A stretch of DNA of 63,917 nt, the filler included, from Sanchytrium tribonematis (lineage: Eukaryota), in assembly GCA_018985235.1 (NCBI GenBank). It is 11 parts of 11 records of this genome, joined end to end, with 100 filler letters (N's around TTAATTAATTAA, not from the genome) between each part and the next. Parts side by side here need not be neighbours in the genome. Positions count along the whole stretch, not along the records: positions 8,081 to 31,886 come from JADGIG010000076.1; 10 more parts are not named here. The stretch is one strand, 5' to 3'. Below, piece after piece: positions 11,430 through 25,748 of the stretch. Within the stretch, counting starts at the first letter, position 1. Each line of letters opens with the position of its first letter. The notes below the pieces were generated by a model. That model was not told where the DNA came from, did no database searches, and worked only from the letters and a program-made list of their open reading frames with translations. The translations under genes were made by a program, and so were the position numbers.

Positions 11430-13018
11430 TGCCATAACTAAGCAATGTATATGTCTTCATCTTCTCGCGCTTGGTAGCAGTAATCTTTTCTTATTATATA
11501 CAGGTTTACAACAATCTGTTTCTCAATAATCTTTGTAAAAATACTTCATCAGTACACACATTTCTTTGAATTAATAAGCCATTAATGTATCTTATAAAAC
11601 TATAAGCACCTTCAGGATATATTGCGTGTTGTTCTTGATACATAGATGGCAACTGTGGAAGTATCATTTGAGCAAATTCTTCAGTTGCAATATTCTCTTG
11701 AAATTGGTCATAAATAAATAGTGTGACACTTTTGAAAATGAATGATTAAATTCATAACTGCAAAAACAATACCAATTGACCAAATCAAATAAATTCTAAT
11801 TGGCAAAATGATAGGTTTGAAAATCAAGGAGTAATTGGGGAAGACTATCTTCAATTCCCAAATGATATCCAAATACATGATCCCATGACAAATGCGTTAC
11901 TATTCCAAATAATCTTTTACACATTTGGCAGCAATTAGGCGGGTAAATGTGTAAAATTATCTTGCAAATGTATTTTTCATAAACATCACTCATTGAGCCT
12001 ATCCAAAATGGTCTGAATCTGGATTCATCAATATTTTCCATATCACTGGCAGTTCTCCTTATTCCATTTAATACATTTCTGTGATGATTTTGATCAAGTG
12101 ACAAATCAAAGAAATCTTAAATTTTAGAGGCAATTCTTGATCTGTATTGATGATATCTTTGAATGAATGGTGCGCATCCAAGTAAATTTAATGCCTTATT
12201 CTGTGAGATGGACCTTTTGGTGTTAAAATAGAATTTGAATTATTTGTAAATATGTCGATTGAGCTGTTTAAAATGAGTCAGATTCATCAATGGGATATAA
12301 TACTCAATAGTTGAGCGAATAAATGTCTTCAAATAAATGGAAGCATTGTATAAACAGTAGTTTTTAAACCCAAATGATTTCCCCGAATGAAAAATTGTGT
12401 CGATGCGTCTCTTTGTGAATTGCAAGAGATCTTTCTGCGAAATCCCATCCTTCTTTAATAATACTCCCAAATACTTGTATGAATTCACTAATGAATTATT
12501 TGAATTCTGGATTTTCAATGTCGATGAATTAAAAGAGCCACATTTGGAAATTGACACACTCATGTGGTTGCTAGTCAAGAAATCACTAAAATATCTCAAT
12601 AATCTTCTCATTATACCTATACCCTTTGCAATGAATACCACATCATCAGCGTAGGCAATGATACTGTATGGATAAAATGGAAGACCACTATATTCTAATT
12701 CTCCAAGGGATTCAATGAACATGGCAAGAAATACATTAAACAAGGCAGGTGATAGCACTGCACCTTGGGGTAATCCTTTGTTAAGAGGAATTTCAGCAAA
12801 AAATCAATTTTTTTTAATAAATGAATGGAATTGTTGTTAAATATTTCTTGCAAAATAGATGTTCCAATTCCCTTTCTTTCCATATATTGAAATATCTTGT
12901 AAATGGGTGTCTCATCATATGCTGCTTGAATATCAACAAAAGTGGTTGCTACTGCACAATTCTTCAAAGGCCAAAATAAATAATGTTTCAAGGAAATATT
13001 TTTGAAAACGATTCTCAA
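11430..13018 (-). mobile_element. Degenerate LINE RT and C-terminal region
   Basis: DIQAAYD, (PQG)..LSPALFN, YADD and YKYLGV motifs; downstream CQMC...H Cys/His motif; frameshifted. Confidence 0.85.
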
Positions 13019-13019
13019 G

Positions 13020-14870
13020 GGAACATTTCTAGCAATACTCTGTCAAGTATCTATGATAGCATTGTACTAAGTAAGGCTATTCAATCCAAGGAAAACTTTG
13101 TTATTCCATCGAGCCATCAACCAGTTACTCCTGATTATGTGAAGGGACATGATCACTCAAATCCCCAAAATATCAATCACTTAGTTGATCATCTTACGCA
13201 TTACCATTCACAAGCCGATATTAGCATATTGAAGTTAAATATCAACCCCAAATACAAAGCAATGATGCGCAAAAGAAAAACAAAAGAGAGAAGAGACGTA
13301 TTTCGACTTGAATTTTTGAAAGAAAGCAAAATGGAACCTTTAGATAAGCACCTGGCATTAATGAGACTACATTATGATGCATTGCCAACCTAGTCTATTG
13401 GTTCTACAAGAGAGGTAGTACTATTTCTCAATAAATCATTAAAAAAAAGTTACTCTTGATTTCGTGAATTCTCGCTCAAAATTGACATTATTGACATCAT
13501 ATGAATCAGAAAACAATACTAATATAGGAAATGCAAAAGCAAATAGAAAATCAAAAAACAAAAAGTTTAAAAATAACAAAAACACTTCACTCTTCCTTAC
13601 TAATTATGAAAACAAAAAGAAACAATATGAATCTGAAACATTTTTTTTGTCAAAGAGACAACAAACATCGAAACAACACCAAAGCAATGCTTAAAGGGAC
13701 CAAGAACAGGCTCTAGGACAGTTACAAAACCAACCACTATCATCTCGAATGCAAATACCACCGGTTTTTGCAACTCTCGAAGAGCAATTCGATGCCCAAG
13801 TTCGAGATGTCCATACAGAATTACGCTCAAGACCACAACCATGCAATCGACCCTGTAAAAGAGTAAGAAACGCTCCATCTATAGATACTGTTAGCCTTAC
13901 CAGTGAATCATCGGATGACTCATCTGATAGCTCGTCAAATGATGCACCTTTAACAGATATCAATGAAGTTGAACATGAAATTACAAATTTTGATTCCATT
14001 TCCCGACTTATGAACCAAAATCCTCATCATTTATACAATTTTGCAATCGAAAATGGTTGGGATATTGTAGTATCCTCAAATCAAGCTATCAATCTTGTCG
14101 CCAGTTACATTATCTATAGTCTCAAAGAGCACTTCATTGACAGAATTGAATTGGAATCGTTTATTGAAAAATTACAGCGACTTTACAATGAAATTGATCA
14201 ACACATTTTCAAGCTAGATGATATCAACTTTGAGTTTGCCAGTGATGTTTTTTGCAGAATAGACATGATTATCCTAAATAATAATGAAGAACTTACAAAT
14301 TCCGGAGAGGATTTCTGCATTAATTTAGAAAATAACGAACGCCACAATGATTACACAAAACGCTTCGAGACTGAATGGACTACTATTGATAATTTATCCA
14401 AAGTACATGCCAAATAGCCACAATCAACATTAGTGGGTCATATAAGAAAAATTGCCACCATTTTCAACAGATGGTTCGCGACCGACAGCTAGATATACTT
14501 TGCCTTCTAGATACACGTCATACCACAACTCAAAAAATCAGCAAATACATAATTCTTGGAGAATGTGGCAAAAGCGAAAAGAATGTTGGAGGTATCATTG
14601 TTCTTGCACACCTCAATTCTTATCACAATTTCAAAATCATAACCATCACTGATTTCTATTTAGGACTCTATATTCCACCCAGTCTCAAAAATTGGAACAA
14701 AGATGACTTTGAAACCCCTCAAAAGCTCTACGCTTTATTTGGTACAATAAAATCCATACTGACACCCGACTGCATGATTGTAATGTCTGATGAATGGAAT
14801 TGTAAATTTTCCAATATTAAATCAAAGGCAGAACGATTGCCAATACTTGCAAATTTGATAATGAGCGAGA
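13020..14870 (+). mobile_element. Degenerate 5' part of a LINE (N-terminal domain plus APE endonuclease), same family as the element at 60445-63917
   Basis: SNQAINLVA, LDDIN, INISGSYKKN, RQLDILCLLDT, GGIIVLA and LYIPP align with the intact copy. A single-base frameshift lies near 14412; the 5' boundary is approximate. Confidence 0.85.
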
Positions 14871-15024
14871 GTTGGAAATTGGTTTATTTTATGATACCAA
14901 TGAAAGAGTTATTACAAATGATCAGCGTGATCATTTTGGCCTATTTAAAGGGAACGAATCTCAATAAACAATGGTTTATTCGAAAAATATTTACGAAAAC
15001 AAAAAGAAGAAAGCGAAGTCAATC

Positions 15025-17720
15025 CAAGGGATGAGGGACTTATTGATTAAGGCACCCAAATCCTTGGATGTCACCGATGGCCAGGGTGATTACATGGTAG
15101 TTGTTGCATTTATGGAAAAATTTTTAGTTCCAAACAATGCAACAACCATTTGGTTTGTTCTATTTTGAAAACATTTTGAAAGGAAATGGACAAAGTGGAC
15201 CAATCAGGGGAGCAAGTGATGGTGTTGAATGAAAACACAGGAGAAACAACAATGAATTTAGAACAATTGGCTGAGTTAGAACGACAATTGAATGACTTTA
15301 AGTTAGGATTGGAGAGAAAAGAGCAGCAAATGATGGAACATGAGAAAAATTTACAAGCACAATTGCACAGCAGAAATTGGAGTTTGAGGCTGCAATGAGC
15401 AATAAGAATTTGGAATTTGAAACTCAGTTAAAGGAGAAGGAGATGTATTTTAGGGATTTGGAGTCTAAGAATACGCCTAGACCTATTGATGATCCGATGA
15501 TCATTGATAAGCAGATTCGGGAACTAAAAGATTTGGCCGCTAGACCCAAATTTAGTTACAAAATGGGGGAATTTAAGCCTGGAAAAACGGACATTGATGA
15601 ATTCTTGACCAAGTATCAAATGTTTGCAGTACTTCATGGGTTGAACTCAGACGAATTGCTTATGGCATATATCCCTATTTGCATGTTTGAGGAATGTCAG
15701 TTAAAAATATCTGAGTGGAAAATGATTAGTTCTTTTAAGAATTGGCATGGATTACGCAAATTACTTATTAAAGAATATCGTGATCCCAAAGCCTTGGAAA
15801 ACACTTGGAATGCAATACAAAGGTTGAAGCAACAAGGTCATTCTGTGAGAGAGACAGTGGATTATTTTGGCAAATTAATGTCAAAGTTGGTGCTATATGG
15901 TGGTGAGTCAGAAAGAATTCCCATTTCGATGCAGATTTACCTATTTATCCAATCATTGAAGCCTGATCTGAAGGAACGTGTATGGAATGTGTTCTTCAAC
16001 CAAGCACATTATTGGAAGCGAGAAGTATTGCCGAATCAAAGGAAGTGGCAATTAAAGAAAAGAACAGATCACAAAGAAACACGCCCCCACAAAGACCATC
16101 AGGAAGTGATGGCAACAAAGATCCAAGTAAGGGTGATAAAGGAGACCGGGATCAAAAACCAAACAAGCCGCAATATACGGAGGAGCAGAAATTGCGGTAT
16201 GAGAGAATGAAACAAGGATTGTGCTTAGTTTGTGGAAAGAAGGGACATCGCAAAGCGGATTGTCCCAACAAAGACAGCATGAATTTGATTGAGGAACAAG
16301 GAACCAAATCAATTTGGACATCAGTTTTAACTAACGGCATTCCATTTAATGGAATGATTGACACTGGAACTAGCATCACTTTAGTGAATGACAAAGTGGT
16401 AAAAGATTGCAACTTGGCTTTAAAGAATACGTCAAGAACATTCACTACAGCTTCTATTCCATGTCAAATCGAGAAAGAAACCATGGTGGAGATTCAAATG
16501 GGTGTAAACAAATTCGAACTGCCAGTCTGTGTTTGGGACAATAAGAAGTATGATTTATTGATTGGGTTAGATTTCTTGATGAATGTCGACAGCATTGATA
16601 TTAAGGAAATGAAATTGCAAATCGGAAATCGTGAAGCACCCATTCAAAACCAACATTTCAACGGAAAATATCTGTGTTGGACATTGATGAGGACTTCATT
16701 ACCAGTAGTGAAGTGATTCAACCGGTAAACTGGGATGAGGTGGTGATTGGGAGAAGTCAAGAAAGTGTTAAACAGATTTTATTGTCTTATCCAAAGTGTT
16801 ATTCTGGAAAGTTAGGATTCCAATTTATCATGAGTTGCAGACAACAGGAATTCCTCGTCGAAGCCGACCGTATCGCGCATCACAAGCACAAAAACAGTTT
16901 ATTGATGATGAAATCCAATACACGTTGGATCAAGGAATTATTGAAGAGGTGACGGATTATACGGAATACGCTGCAAGTGTTGTACTCGCACCCAAACCTA
17001 CGTCGGAGGATCAGTTTCGTTTTTGTGTAGATTATAGGCAACTTAATCTCCACACACCACCTGATCAGTACCAGTTGCCCAGAATTGATGAAATGTTGTC
17101 TCAATTCTGTGGCCAAAGATTTTTTAGCAAAATAGATTGTCGAAAAGGATATTGGCAAATGTTGATGAACCCAGCTGATGTGGCCAAGACTACCTTTGTC
17201 ACTCATCGAGGGGTTTACAGGTATTTAAAGATGCCTTTTGGGTTAAAGAACGCAGGTAAGACGTTCCAACGGGCAATTGATTTTATTTTTCGTCCTTTGT
17301 TGGACAAAGAAGTGATGGTTTACCCGGACGACATTATTGTGATGACTGAGACAGAGGAGAGGCACTTGGAAGTGCTAAATGAGGTGATGAGGATCTTGGA
17401 ATCCTACAACGTGAAAACTGGGTTACAGAAGTGCAAGTTTATGCTCCAAGAGATTGACTATTTGGGATTTTTGATTAATACGGACGGCGTACGACCTGAT
17501 CCAGCACGTATTCAACCAATTGTGGACTATCCTCGACCACAAACAGTGAAGCAAATTAAAACCTTTTTAGGAATGGTATCTTTTTATAGGGGCCATATCC
17601 ATCAATTTGCAGACAAGGCAGTCCCCTTATACAATTTATTGAAAAAAATGTATTATTTTATTGGGACCAGAATCATGAGAATGCATTTGCAAATTTGAGG
17701 GAAGGTATTATCAAACCGAT
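15025..17720 (+). mobile_element. Ty3/Gypsy LTR retrotransposon, degenerate (gag-PR-RT, truncated)
   Basis: Gag with CLVCGKKGHRKADC knuckle; protease IDTG; RT FRFCVDYRQLN, MPFGLKNA and YPDD; several frameshifts. Confidence 0.92.
15095..15112 (+). promoter_or_regulatory. Candidate primer-binding site after a putative 5' LTR end
   Basis: ...TTACA|TGGTAGTTGTTG lies ~90 nt upstream of the gag ATG (15186), matching the canonical LTR CA plus TGG layout. The priming tRNA was not identified. Confidence 0.4.
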
Positions 17721-17761
17721 TTATTGGGGGAGTATGGCTTTATATAGCCCATAGAACCTTC

Positions 17762-20310
17762 TTGTTAGTTCTTATTCATAAGCAGATAACACATCCGTGT
17801 TACATTGATGTTCTCCCAGTTTCTCTCAGACTCAAAAAGGATGCGAATTTGGATAGTTTGAGTCAAAAACCATATAATGAGCCATTTCCTGAAGAAAGGG
17901 ATGCTATTATTGAGAAATATAAGAGTAGAGGGTTTATGTTTGAGCAATCTGGTTCATATTGCTCACCTGCCTCCATTATTAAACAGAATGGAAAATGCAG
18001 AATGGTAATAGACTACAGAAGAGTGAATCTCAACACTATTGCAGATGGATCACCCATTTCTAGAATAGATGAGTTGATTCAACGTGTATCTGGATATCTT
18101 TATTATACCATATTTGATTACGAAACTAGTTTTAATCAGATCCAAGTCACGCCAGAGACGTCAATAAGTACATCATTTGTCACAAGCAAGTCGCAGTATT
18201 ACAGTGATGGGCTCGGCCAAGGATTGAAGCAATCCGGTGTTCTGTTTCAACACACGACATCCCAGGTGACATTTGAAATCGAGAATCTAGCTCAATATAT
18301 TGACGATGTGATTATATATGGTAATGATCTACAGCAGCACTTGAAAGATGTCCAGAGATTTGTCGAGATATGTTCAGATAAGATTATTATTTTAAGATTG
18401 GAGAAATCGCAGATTTGTCAGAAGCAGGTTGATTTTTGTGGATACACTGTGAGTGGTGATGAATACAAAGCTAAGGAGTCATACATTATCAAAATAGACT
18501 TAAATGGATCACCTACTAGCAAAAAGAAGGCAAATACTTTATTGGGGATGCTTGGATGGATTAGACACTTCATACCTATGTTTGAAGATGTGATAGCACC
18601 CATTAGACAGACAGTGACTTCACCTGGTAGATTTCAATGGTCAGATAAAGCTGAACGTGCTCTGCGCAGGAGTATCGAATTGGCTCAAAATCACACAATT
18701 TCAAATATTGAGGATGGCATTCCTTGTGACCTCTTTGTAGATGCATCAAAGCACTCTGTTGGTGGGGCACTGTTCCAAGATGGCAGATTAGTTGGATTAT
18801 TCAGTAGAAAGCTCAATTTAAGCATGATTGGCTGGGATGCATTTGAGTTAAAATTGTTTGCAATCAAGATTAGACTGGATAAATTTGGTAAATTTTTTGG
18901 TGGCAATGAAGTACTTATCAAATTAGACAATGAAGCAGCCATTTATCTATTAAACGGCCAAGGAAGGAAAAAATATCCAAAAATCTACAGATGGATTGAA
19001 AATATTCATATTCCGCAGTCCACATCAGTGGCAAGTAAACAGCATTGCGGACATACTCTCTAGATTAGATCACATGGAGAATGCTGCTGGAGTAGATGAT
19101 TACCAGAATTTGGGCATTAACCAGCAGCAGCACCTGTAGTGGATCCTCTATGTGATTTAGCTAAATGCCATTGCAATTTGAATTTATCTGATAAATTGGT
19201 CAAATGTATCAGATGTGGATTGGGTACTCATTTGACAAGTATTGGATGGTTATATACAGTAGATGCATTTCAGTCCAGAGACAGCTGATTCAAAACAGGA
19301 GCAGCTGCAACTTTTAGAAAAAGCACATTTATCTCATCCAGGAATACCCGGCATGAGAATCCTACTTAAGAACTATAAATGGCACTGTAGGGACCAGGAT
19401 TTAATCAGCAAAGTGACTCAGTGTCGGTATTGTAAACAAAAGATGCCACCCAAAATGAGTGATTTGCAATTTAGATTGCCAAAATACGTCAATCGCTGCT
19501 GTGGGATAGATTTAATGAGCATAAATGATGACCAATAGATTATATATACTTGGTATGTGTGAGAGAGTACGTGACAGGTGCCATCGCAATCTACCCAACA
19601 ATGACAAAAGAGCCCAAGGAAGTACTAGCGGGTTTATTAAAGAATGTAGCTGCATATAGACCAATGGCAGTGTTGTGTGCTGATAATGGTAATGAATTTA
19701 AGGGGTTATTTGCTAGATATTGCAAACAAATGGGAATTGTGATTCAGACGACAACCAGCAAAATACACCATGAAAATGGGTAAGCAAGCAGTGGCCTTGG
19801 CAAAGACGAATATAAAAATGGCAAGATTGGAATATACAGATTTACCATTCGGAACAATTGTGGAATTGGCAAATACTTGGGTCAATGCAAATCCAAAGAG
19901 TAGCACGGGTATTTCCCCAATTTCACTAATGACATTGACATCTGACATGATTAAGAGTGGTCAAATTGAACAAAAAGAATCAATGAAAATAAGGTGAAAT
20001 CCCAAATTAAATTAAATTAAATAGAGGGTTTAGAAGTGTAAAATTACAAGAAGGGGATATGGTGTGGTATTATCCACCTGAGCAGAAGTTGAAATTAAAG
20101 CAAATTGCCCTGTTGGCTAGAATTGAGTCAAAATTGAGAGAAAAGCAGTATTACATCGCTATTAAAGACCAGGAAGTGCTTAAAGTGGCACACAAAGACA
20201 GTTTAGTGCTGATTGACACACCTACTGACGAATCGATTCAGTCTTTTCAGGGGGAATGTCTTGATGTGTTGATGGATGAATCAATTCCATCAGAAGATGT
20301 GCAAAATGGT
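17762..20310 (+). mobile_element. Second Ty3/Gypsy pol remnant (RT-RNase H-integrase)
   Basis: RMVIDYRRVN, YIDD, FVDAS, H2C2 (HLSHPG...CRYC) and rve core IDL...ADNGNEF...ENG; stops and frameshifts. Confidence 0.9.
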
Positions 20311-20311
20311 G

Positions 20312-23300
20312 TTACAGATGATCAGATGAGTATTCTTCTAATTTGGTTCTATTTAATTTATCAAAAGCTTTGGCAAGATCGCCAAACAATAAGTAGCACC
20401 TTGTTTTACAATTTTTGCAATAATATTTTTTTCTAATTGTTTTATGAATGGCATCAACTGCTTCTTCACATGATTGTTTGTAGCAGTACTGGTTGTTATA
20501 TTTGAGCAAGTGCCTGGTGACTTCTAGTTTTATTAATTTTTCAAATAACTTTTTGATACAATTACTGAGGCTAATTGGTCGATGAGATAATATGTCCCCA
20601 ACATTACCTGATTTGTAAATGGGGATGAGCAGATTGACGTGGAATGAGTCGGGGGGTGACTCCCAATTCCAGTATTTTATTAAAATAATGTTGTAAAAGT
20701 GGAGATAATTGTTCAAGAAATTGTTTGAAAATGTCATATGAGAGATTGTCGAGACCAGGAGTGCGGTGACGATCTGTCGATTTCATTATCTTAGCAATAT
20801 CCTCAGGGGAATATTCAATTAATTGATACAGTTTTTGTTGGCTTCTTTGTTTCACATAATTCATGTCGATATGTCATGGATTTTAAATCTGGAACATAAT
20901 TTGTTGCTATGATGATTGATTTTATCTGGATTCAGTTGATTGGTTTTATTTTTGAATCTGTGCATCTTAGATGCTAGGATTTTAACTTGTTGTATACGGG
21001 GTAATTTAGACAGGCTCAAATAATACTTTTTAAAATTCACGCAATCAGGCTCATTTAATGATTCTTCTTCTAATTCTGTTGAGATAATATTCGTTAGTTC
21101 GGAATATTCCCTGGATCTTTTGACTGTAATTCTATTCAATGCCACTGAAATGGCACTATTCATGGTCTTGTTGAATTTATTTAATGTGCACTTTTGTTTC
21201 TTGAAGGTATATCATTTCGATTCAAATCCATCATTTGATTACGAATTTCATTTAAATTAACATGTTTTTCGGCAAATTGGAATGCATTTTCTACCTTCTC
21301 TTGTAGGTCCTCGTTATAAATATCCTTGGGAATGTGCCATTTCATTCTTTTATTTAATTTGACGACTTGACTTTGAGTTTTGATTGAATTTATAATGGCA
21401 AAATGGTCTGATATTAATGGACTAATCATTGAAGGTCCTACTTGATTTATGAAATCATTGTGTGCAAATGATCCATCAAGACATGATGGAGTACCTACAC
21501 CAATTCTAGTTATGGGGTCAACGTTTTGGAAATCTACTGCGAGTGTGGAAAATTCACCATACATATTTTTTTAGGATTAGTGGGGTTCATGTTCCAATCT
21601 CCCATCATTAAAAGACGATTATGTGTTGTTTTTCTTATTATGTTCTTGATTTTGTCAATAAAATCATTATATTTTTCAACAGGTGGCCTATAAATAAGCA
21701 AAATTATTATATCCAGAAATGATATCAAAATTGAATAGGCACCTTTGTGTAAAAGTATTGGTTGTATATCTTTAAGAGTTGGGTGTACAAATAGTGCCAT
21801 CCCGTATTGATTATTGATTGAATTTGATACAATTTTTATAAGAGGATCTAGTGATTTGATTCCAAGGATTTAGCCTCAGAAAAAACCACAAATAGCTACG
21901 TCTAATTGTATCATCATGTTTTTGATGCTTTGTACTTAATTGTGAGTTAAGCCATTTATATTGGCAAATGAAACATTGAAATGATTCATACTTGGTTTTG
22001 GCGGCAATGGTTCTGTTTCTTGTGATGGTGCCAATCGAGATCTGGTGCGAGCACCTCCTCTCATATTACCTGATAGATTGAGAACCTGAAGGTCTTTGGG
22101 CTGATAGGTTGGGGCTAAATTTCTCCCGGTTTGTGCCAGGTTTCTGAACTTGGTGAAGTAATATCCTGGTAATATGGAGTCAAGATTGGATCCAGGTGTG
22201 AAATAGAAATATTTTCGTTTGCCGCCTAGTTCTCTGACCTCCAATAGGTTTGTTTTTGTATTTTTATTGTAGAAGTACTCTTTATTTTGGTTCAGATAGT
22301 AATTAAATTCATTTTCTAATTCTATGTAGTTGGTTTTATGTTGGAACCTAGACTTTAATAAACAAATTCTGATGTATTTGAGAATACCACGTTCATCCTT
22401 TAAATATTGCTGGATATTATAGCTACAAGATTGTTTGAATTTATTATGAATAGTGATTTTCATGTGGTATCGGTAAATAGATCTTAATCTGTTGGATTCT
22501 CAAGTGATTATCTGTTGTAGTGAATGTGTTTCCAGAAATTGATGTAATACTTGGTATCTATCTAATAATGAGATGGTAAATCCAAGTAATTCACTCAATT
22601 TATTAAATTCTTTTTTAAAATATTTAAATGTATCATTCTTTTTATCCTCCGGTACTTTGAATATGATTTCAAAAAGATTTAATGGTTTAAAATATGAGAT
22701 GTTCTTGATCTGAGTCAAATCCATCTTAAAATAAGTTTTAATATTGTATTTAAAATCTTTTGTCGTGTAATTTTTGTGAAATCCTTTGACGTATAAGATA
22801 TAGTGTTTGCGGGTTATTTTAGGTTGATAAAATATTGGATAATTTTCTATATTTTCAGGTGGATCGTCTATGGCGTAGTATTTTGCCACTGCCAATTGCC
22901 GGTTGCAGTCTTCTGCAAAGCGTACTTTTTTGGGTGGCTTGATTTGGTTAATTTTAGTATGATGTATGATAATGCTTATGAATAGTGCTGCGGGTTTCTT
23001 TGGATTTGGGATAAGATTGTTGTATTTTTGATGATAAAGATTGAATGATTCTTGGATATAATAGTTTGCATCGTTTGATTTAGTAAATGATTTTTTGATA
23101 CGATTCTAATTGATTGCATGTGACGATCCGTGTAACATTTTGGAATTTGTGAGAGAAATTGAAATCTCTTTGATTTTCTTTTTGTTTGATTCTGATAATT
23201 TGATATTAATATTTTTAGAGCCACCAGGCATTCTACCAGTGACCCAAATAACATCTAGGCAGTTCGGGATGTATTTGGGTGTCAAAAAAACACCATGGCT

Positions 23301-24754
23301 GAGTTTGTGGGGAAATTTGAAATATTTGGCTGGAATGATTTTTTAAATTGGCACTTAGGCATTGTGTTTAAAATAATATCTATTGTTAAGTATCCTAAGT
23401 TCTAGTGTGTATTCTCGATTTGTTAATGGATCATGAGGAGGTTGTTTACATTCAATCTGGTTCTGAATTTACATTAATTCTATTTCAAGACGATCAGGTG
23501 GTTTTGTTTTACGGCCAGTTGGGTCTTTGAACCCATGACCGACTTTTGTGATTGATAAATCATTAAGAGTAGCAGTACTATTGGGTACTGCTGATGAATG
23601 CATCTCAACCGTGATTCGTGATTCTGATTGGTCATTTTTGATTGCGTCAGTATTTGATTCTGGTTTAACTGTTGGTGCTGGTGATAAATCTAAAAAGTCG
23701 TATGAATCCGTCATCATGGACAATGAGGAGATGAATGATTCAACACTGTCATAATCGAGTTTGTCTTCTTGGTGACTTTGATTTGAAGATTAATCTTGGT
23801 CTTTTTCTTGTTGATTTGACTCAAAATAGACTGTATAAATGTATTGAATTGGGTGAGCATATCATTATTATTCATCTCATGGTCAATCTTGGATAAAGTG
23901 ATCTTGCGAATGAAAACTCGAATTCCTCTTTCTTCTGTTAAGTATTTATCAAAAGAATACTCAGGGGACGTTACTAGTTCTTTTCTCAAATATTTATGCA
24001 TTTGAGAATAATCAAGCCGTTTGATTTCCATTTTAATTAATTTGTCTGAATCGGCTCTGGTATTCATTTTCTTCCCATAGCTATATCTTTGGGCACAGTA
24101 TATTGCCAATTTAGAGTCAATCTGCTTTAATTTAGCAAATCCATTATTAAATGTCTGATAATACGATTTCATTTGTTTGGGAGGGGCTTTGAAAATAATT
24201 TCATGTGCTTTTATAATTTTGTTAAATGTAAAGCAGGAAATGAAGTTTTTGATGTGATTGGGATTAAATTTCTCTGACGAGAAGTCAAAATACTTTTCTA
24301 AGCATTGAAAGAGATCTGCGTAAGAGAAATCAAGGGGTAATCCAAAGACGTACAAAAAATTAAAATGACGAATATTGGACGTGTCATTTGTGCTTTTCAG
24401 TAGCTTTTGCACAAAAGTGGGTGTAGGAGGATGCTCAGTGAGCTCATGCTTTTTGCAATTTTTTTGTTCTTCTTTTTTAATTTCTTTTTGTGGTTTTTGT
24501 GAAGATTCTAGTTTTGCTTCAATAGCAGCTTCTTCTAATAGGTCTTCCTGGATGTGGACAGTCTTAGAGGCGGGTGATTTGGGTTTCTTGATTGAGGATT
24601 TTGATTTTGAGAGAGCGTTAACCGGAGCAGATTTTGAAATTGTCTTCTCCATGTTTCGTGGGTGGATGGACAATAGGTGGTTCTCAGGATGTTTATACGC
24701 ATTAACAGGAGGCGGGTGATCGGTATGTTGGTAGGTTTCTTTCCGGTTTGCCAA
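20312..24754 (-). mobile_element. Degenerate LINE with duplicated RRM-like N-terminal domain, APE endonuclease and 5' half of RT
   Basis: FANINGL, IYRPP, GDWN and SDH (APE); TPGLD, PIYKSG, HRPISL and DLAKAFD (RT); many stops and frameshifts. Confidence 0.88.
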
Positions 24755-25500
24755 ATCACAATGAGGAGTTTGCGATGTTGTCCCCTGAATTTGATGAAGA
24801 AATGGACACTGATAAAATTAGAAGCGCCATCCTTCACAATATCACATGGCACAGTTTTTATTGGCTTCCATGGTTTATCATAGTGGATATATATTTGCAA
24901 ATTTTCATTCAAATCATTTATTGTTCAAAAATCTTTTATTTAAAGATCCAGAAATGATGAAGCATCTTAAATCCCATATCAATGTTCAAAATTTTACTTC
25001 TCGCAAATTAAATGCAACTGGTATTCCTCCTTTTACAAATGTACTTTATCAATTAGCAGGATTGACAGCAGCTGTTAATAATATTGGGGAAAGTATTGGT
25101 GATGTTGCACAACAGACTGTAAATGGTGTGATTGAGGAATTTAAGCAGAGATCTGTTCAAATGAATGTTGTGACGTATGATGGTTTAAATAGTAGATTGG
25201 AAGATGTAGTGGATGTAGCCATTAGAAATGCATTAGATAATAGTGTATTTACTCCAAATGCTCCACCTATTGAAACAGAACAACCGGAAACTACACAGGA
25301 TTCGAATGGGCATATTATTTATTCACACAATAATCGACTCAATTTGTTGCCTGCAAACTACAAAATCCCATCAACTACTGTGCCAAAGGTATTACACTTG
25401 TATTTTCCTAAATGACAAGCAGAAGAACAACGCAGATGACTTGGAGAACTGCAAATTCGTTGATGTAAAATGTTAGTAAATGATTATTTTAAGAGTACTT
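24748..25500 (+). mobile_element. Crypton-type element fragment (region C-terminal to the recombinase)
   Basis: FLLASMVYH...HLLF...ATGIPP aligns with FALASVVYH...HSLF...ATGIPP at 33360-33560. Confidence 0.7.
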
Positions 25501-25748
25501 GACATTTAGAGATCTTAAATGCGTTGGGATAATCCGTCCCAAAATCTGGAATTAATTTTGAATAATGAAACTACAGGGAGAAAGCAGTCATTTACAGTCA
25601 TTTTTGATTAAAAATAAATTAATTAATAACAGAATTTGGGATGATTGGTCCCAATCTCATTAATCGATTGGCCATTATGTCCTAGAAATCTAATATAAAT
25701 ATATTATCATTTTATTCGCCATTTAAAGGTTGACAAGTATAATTTTAG

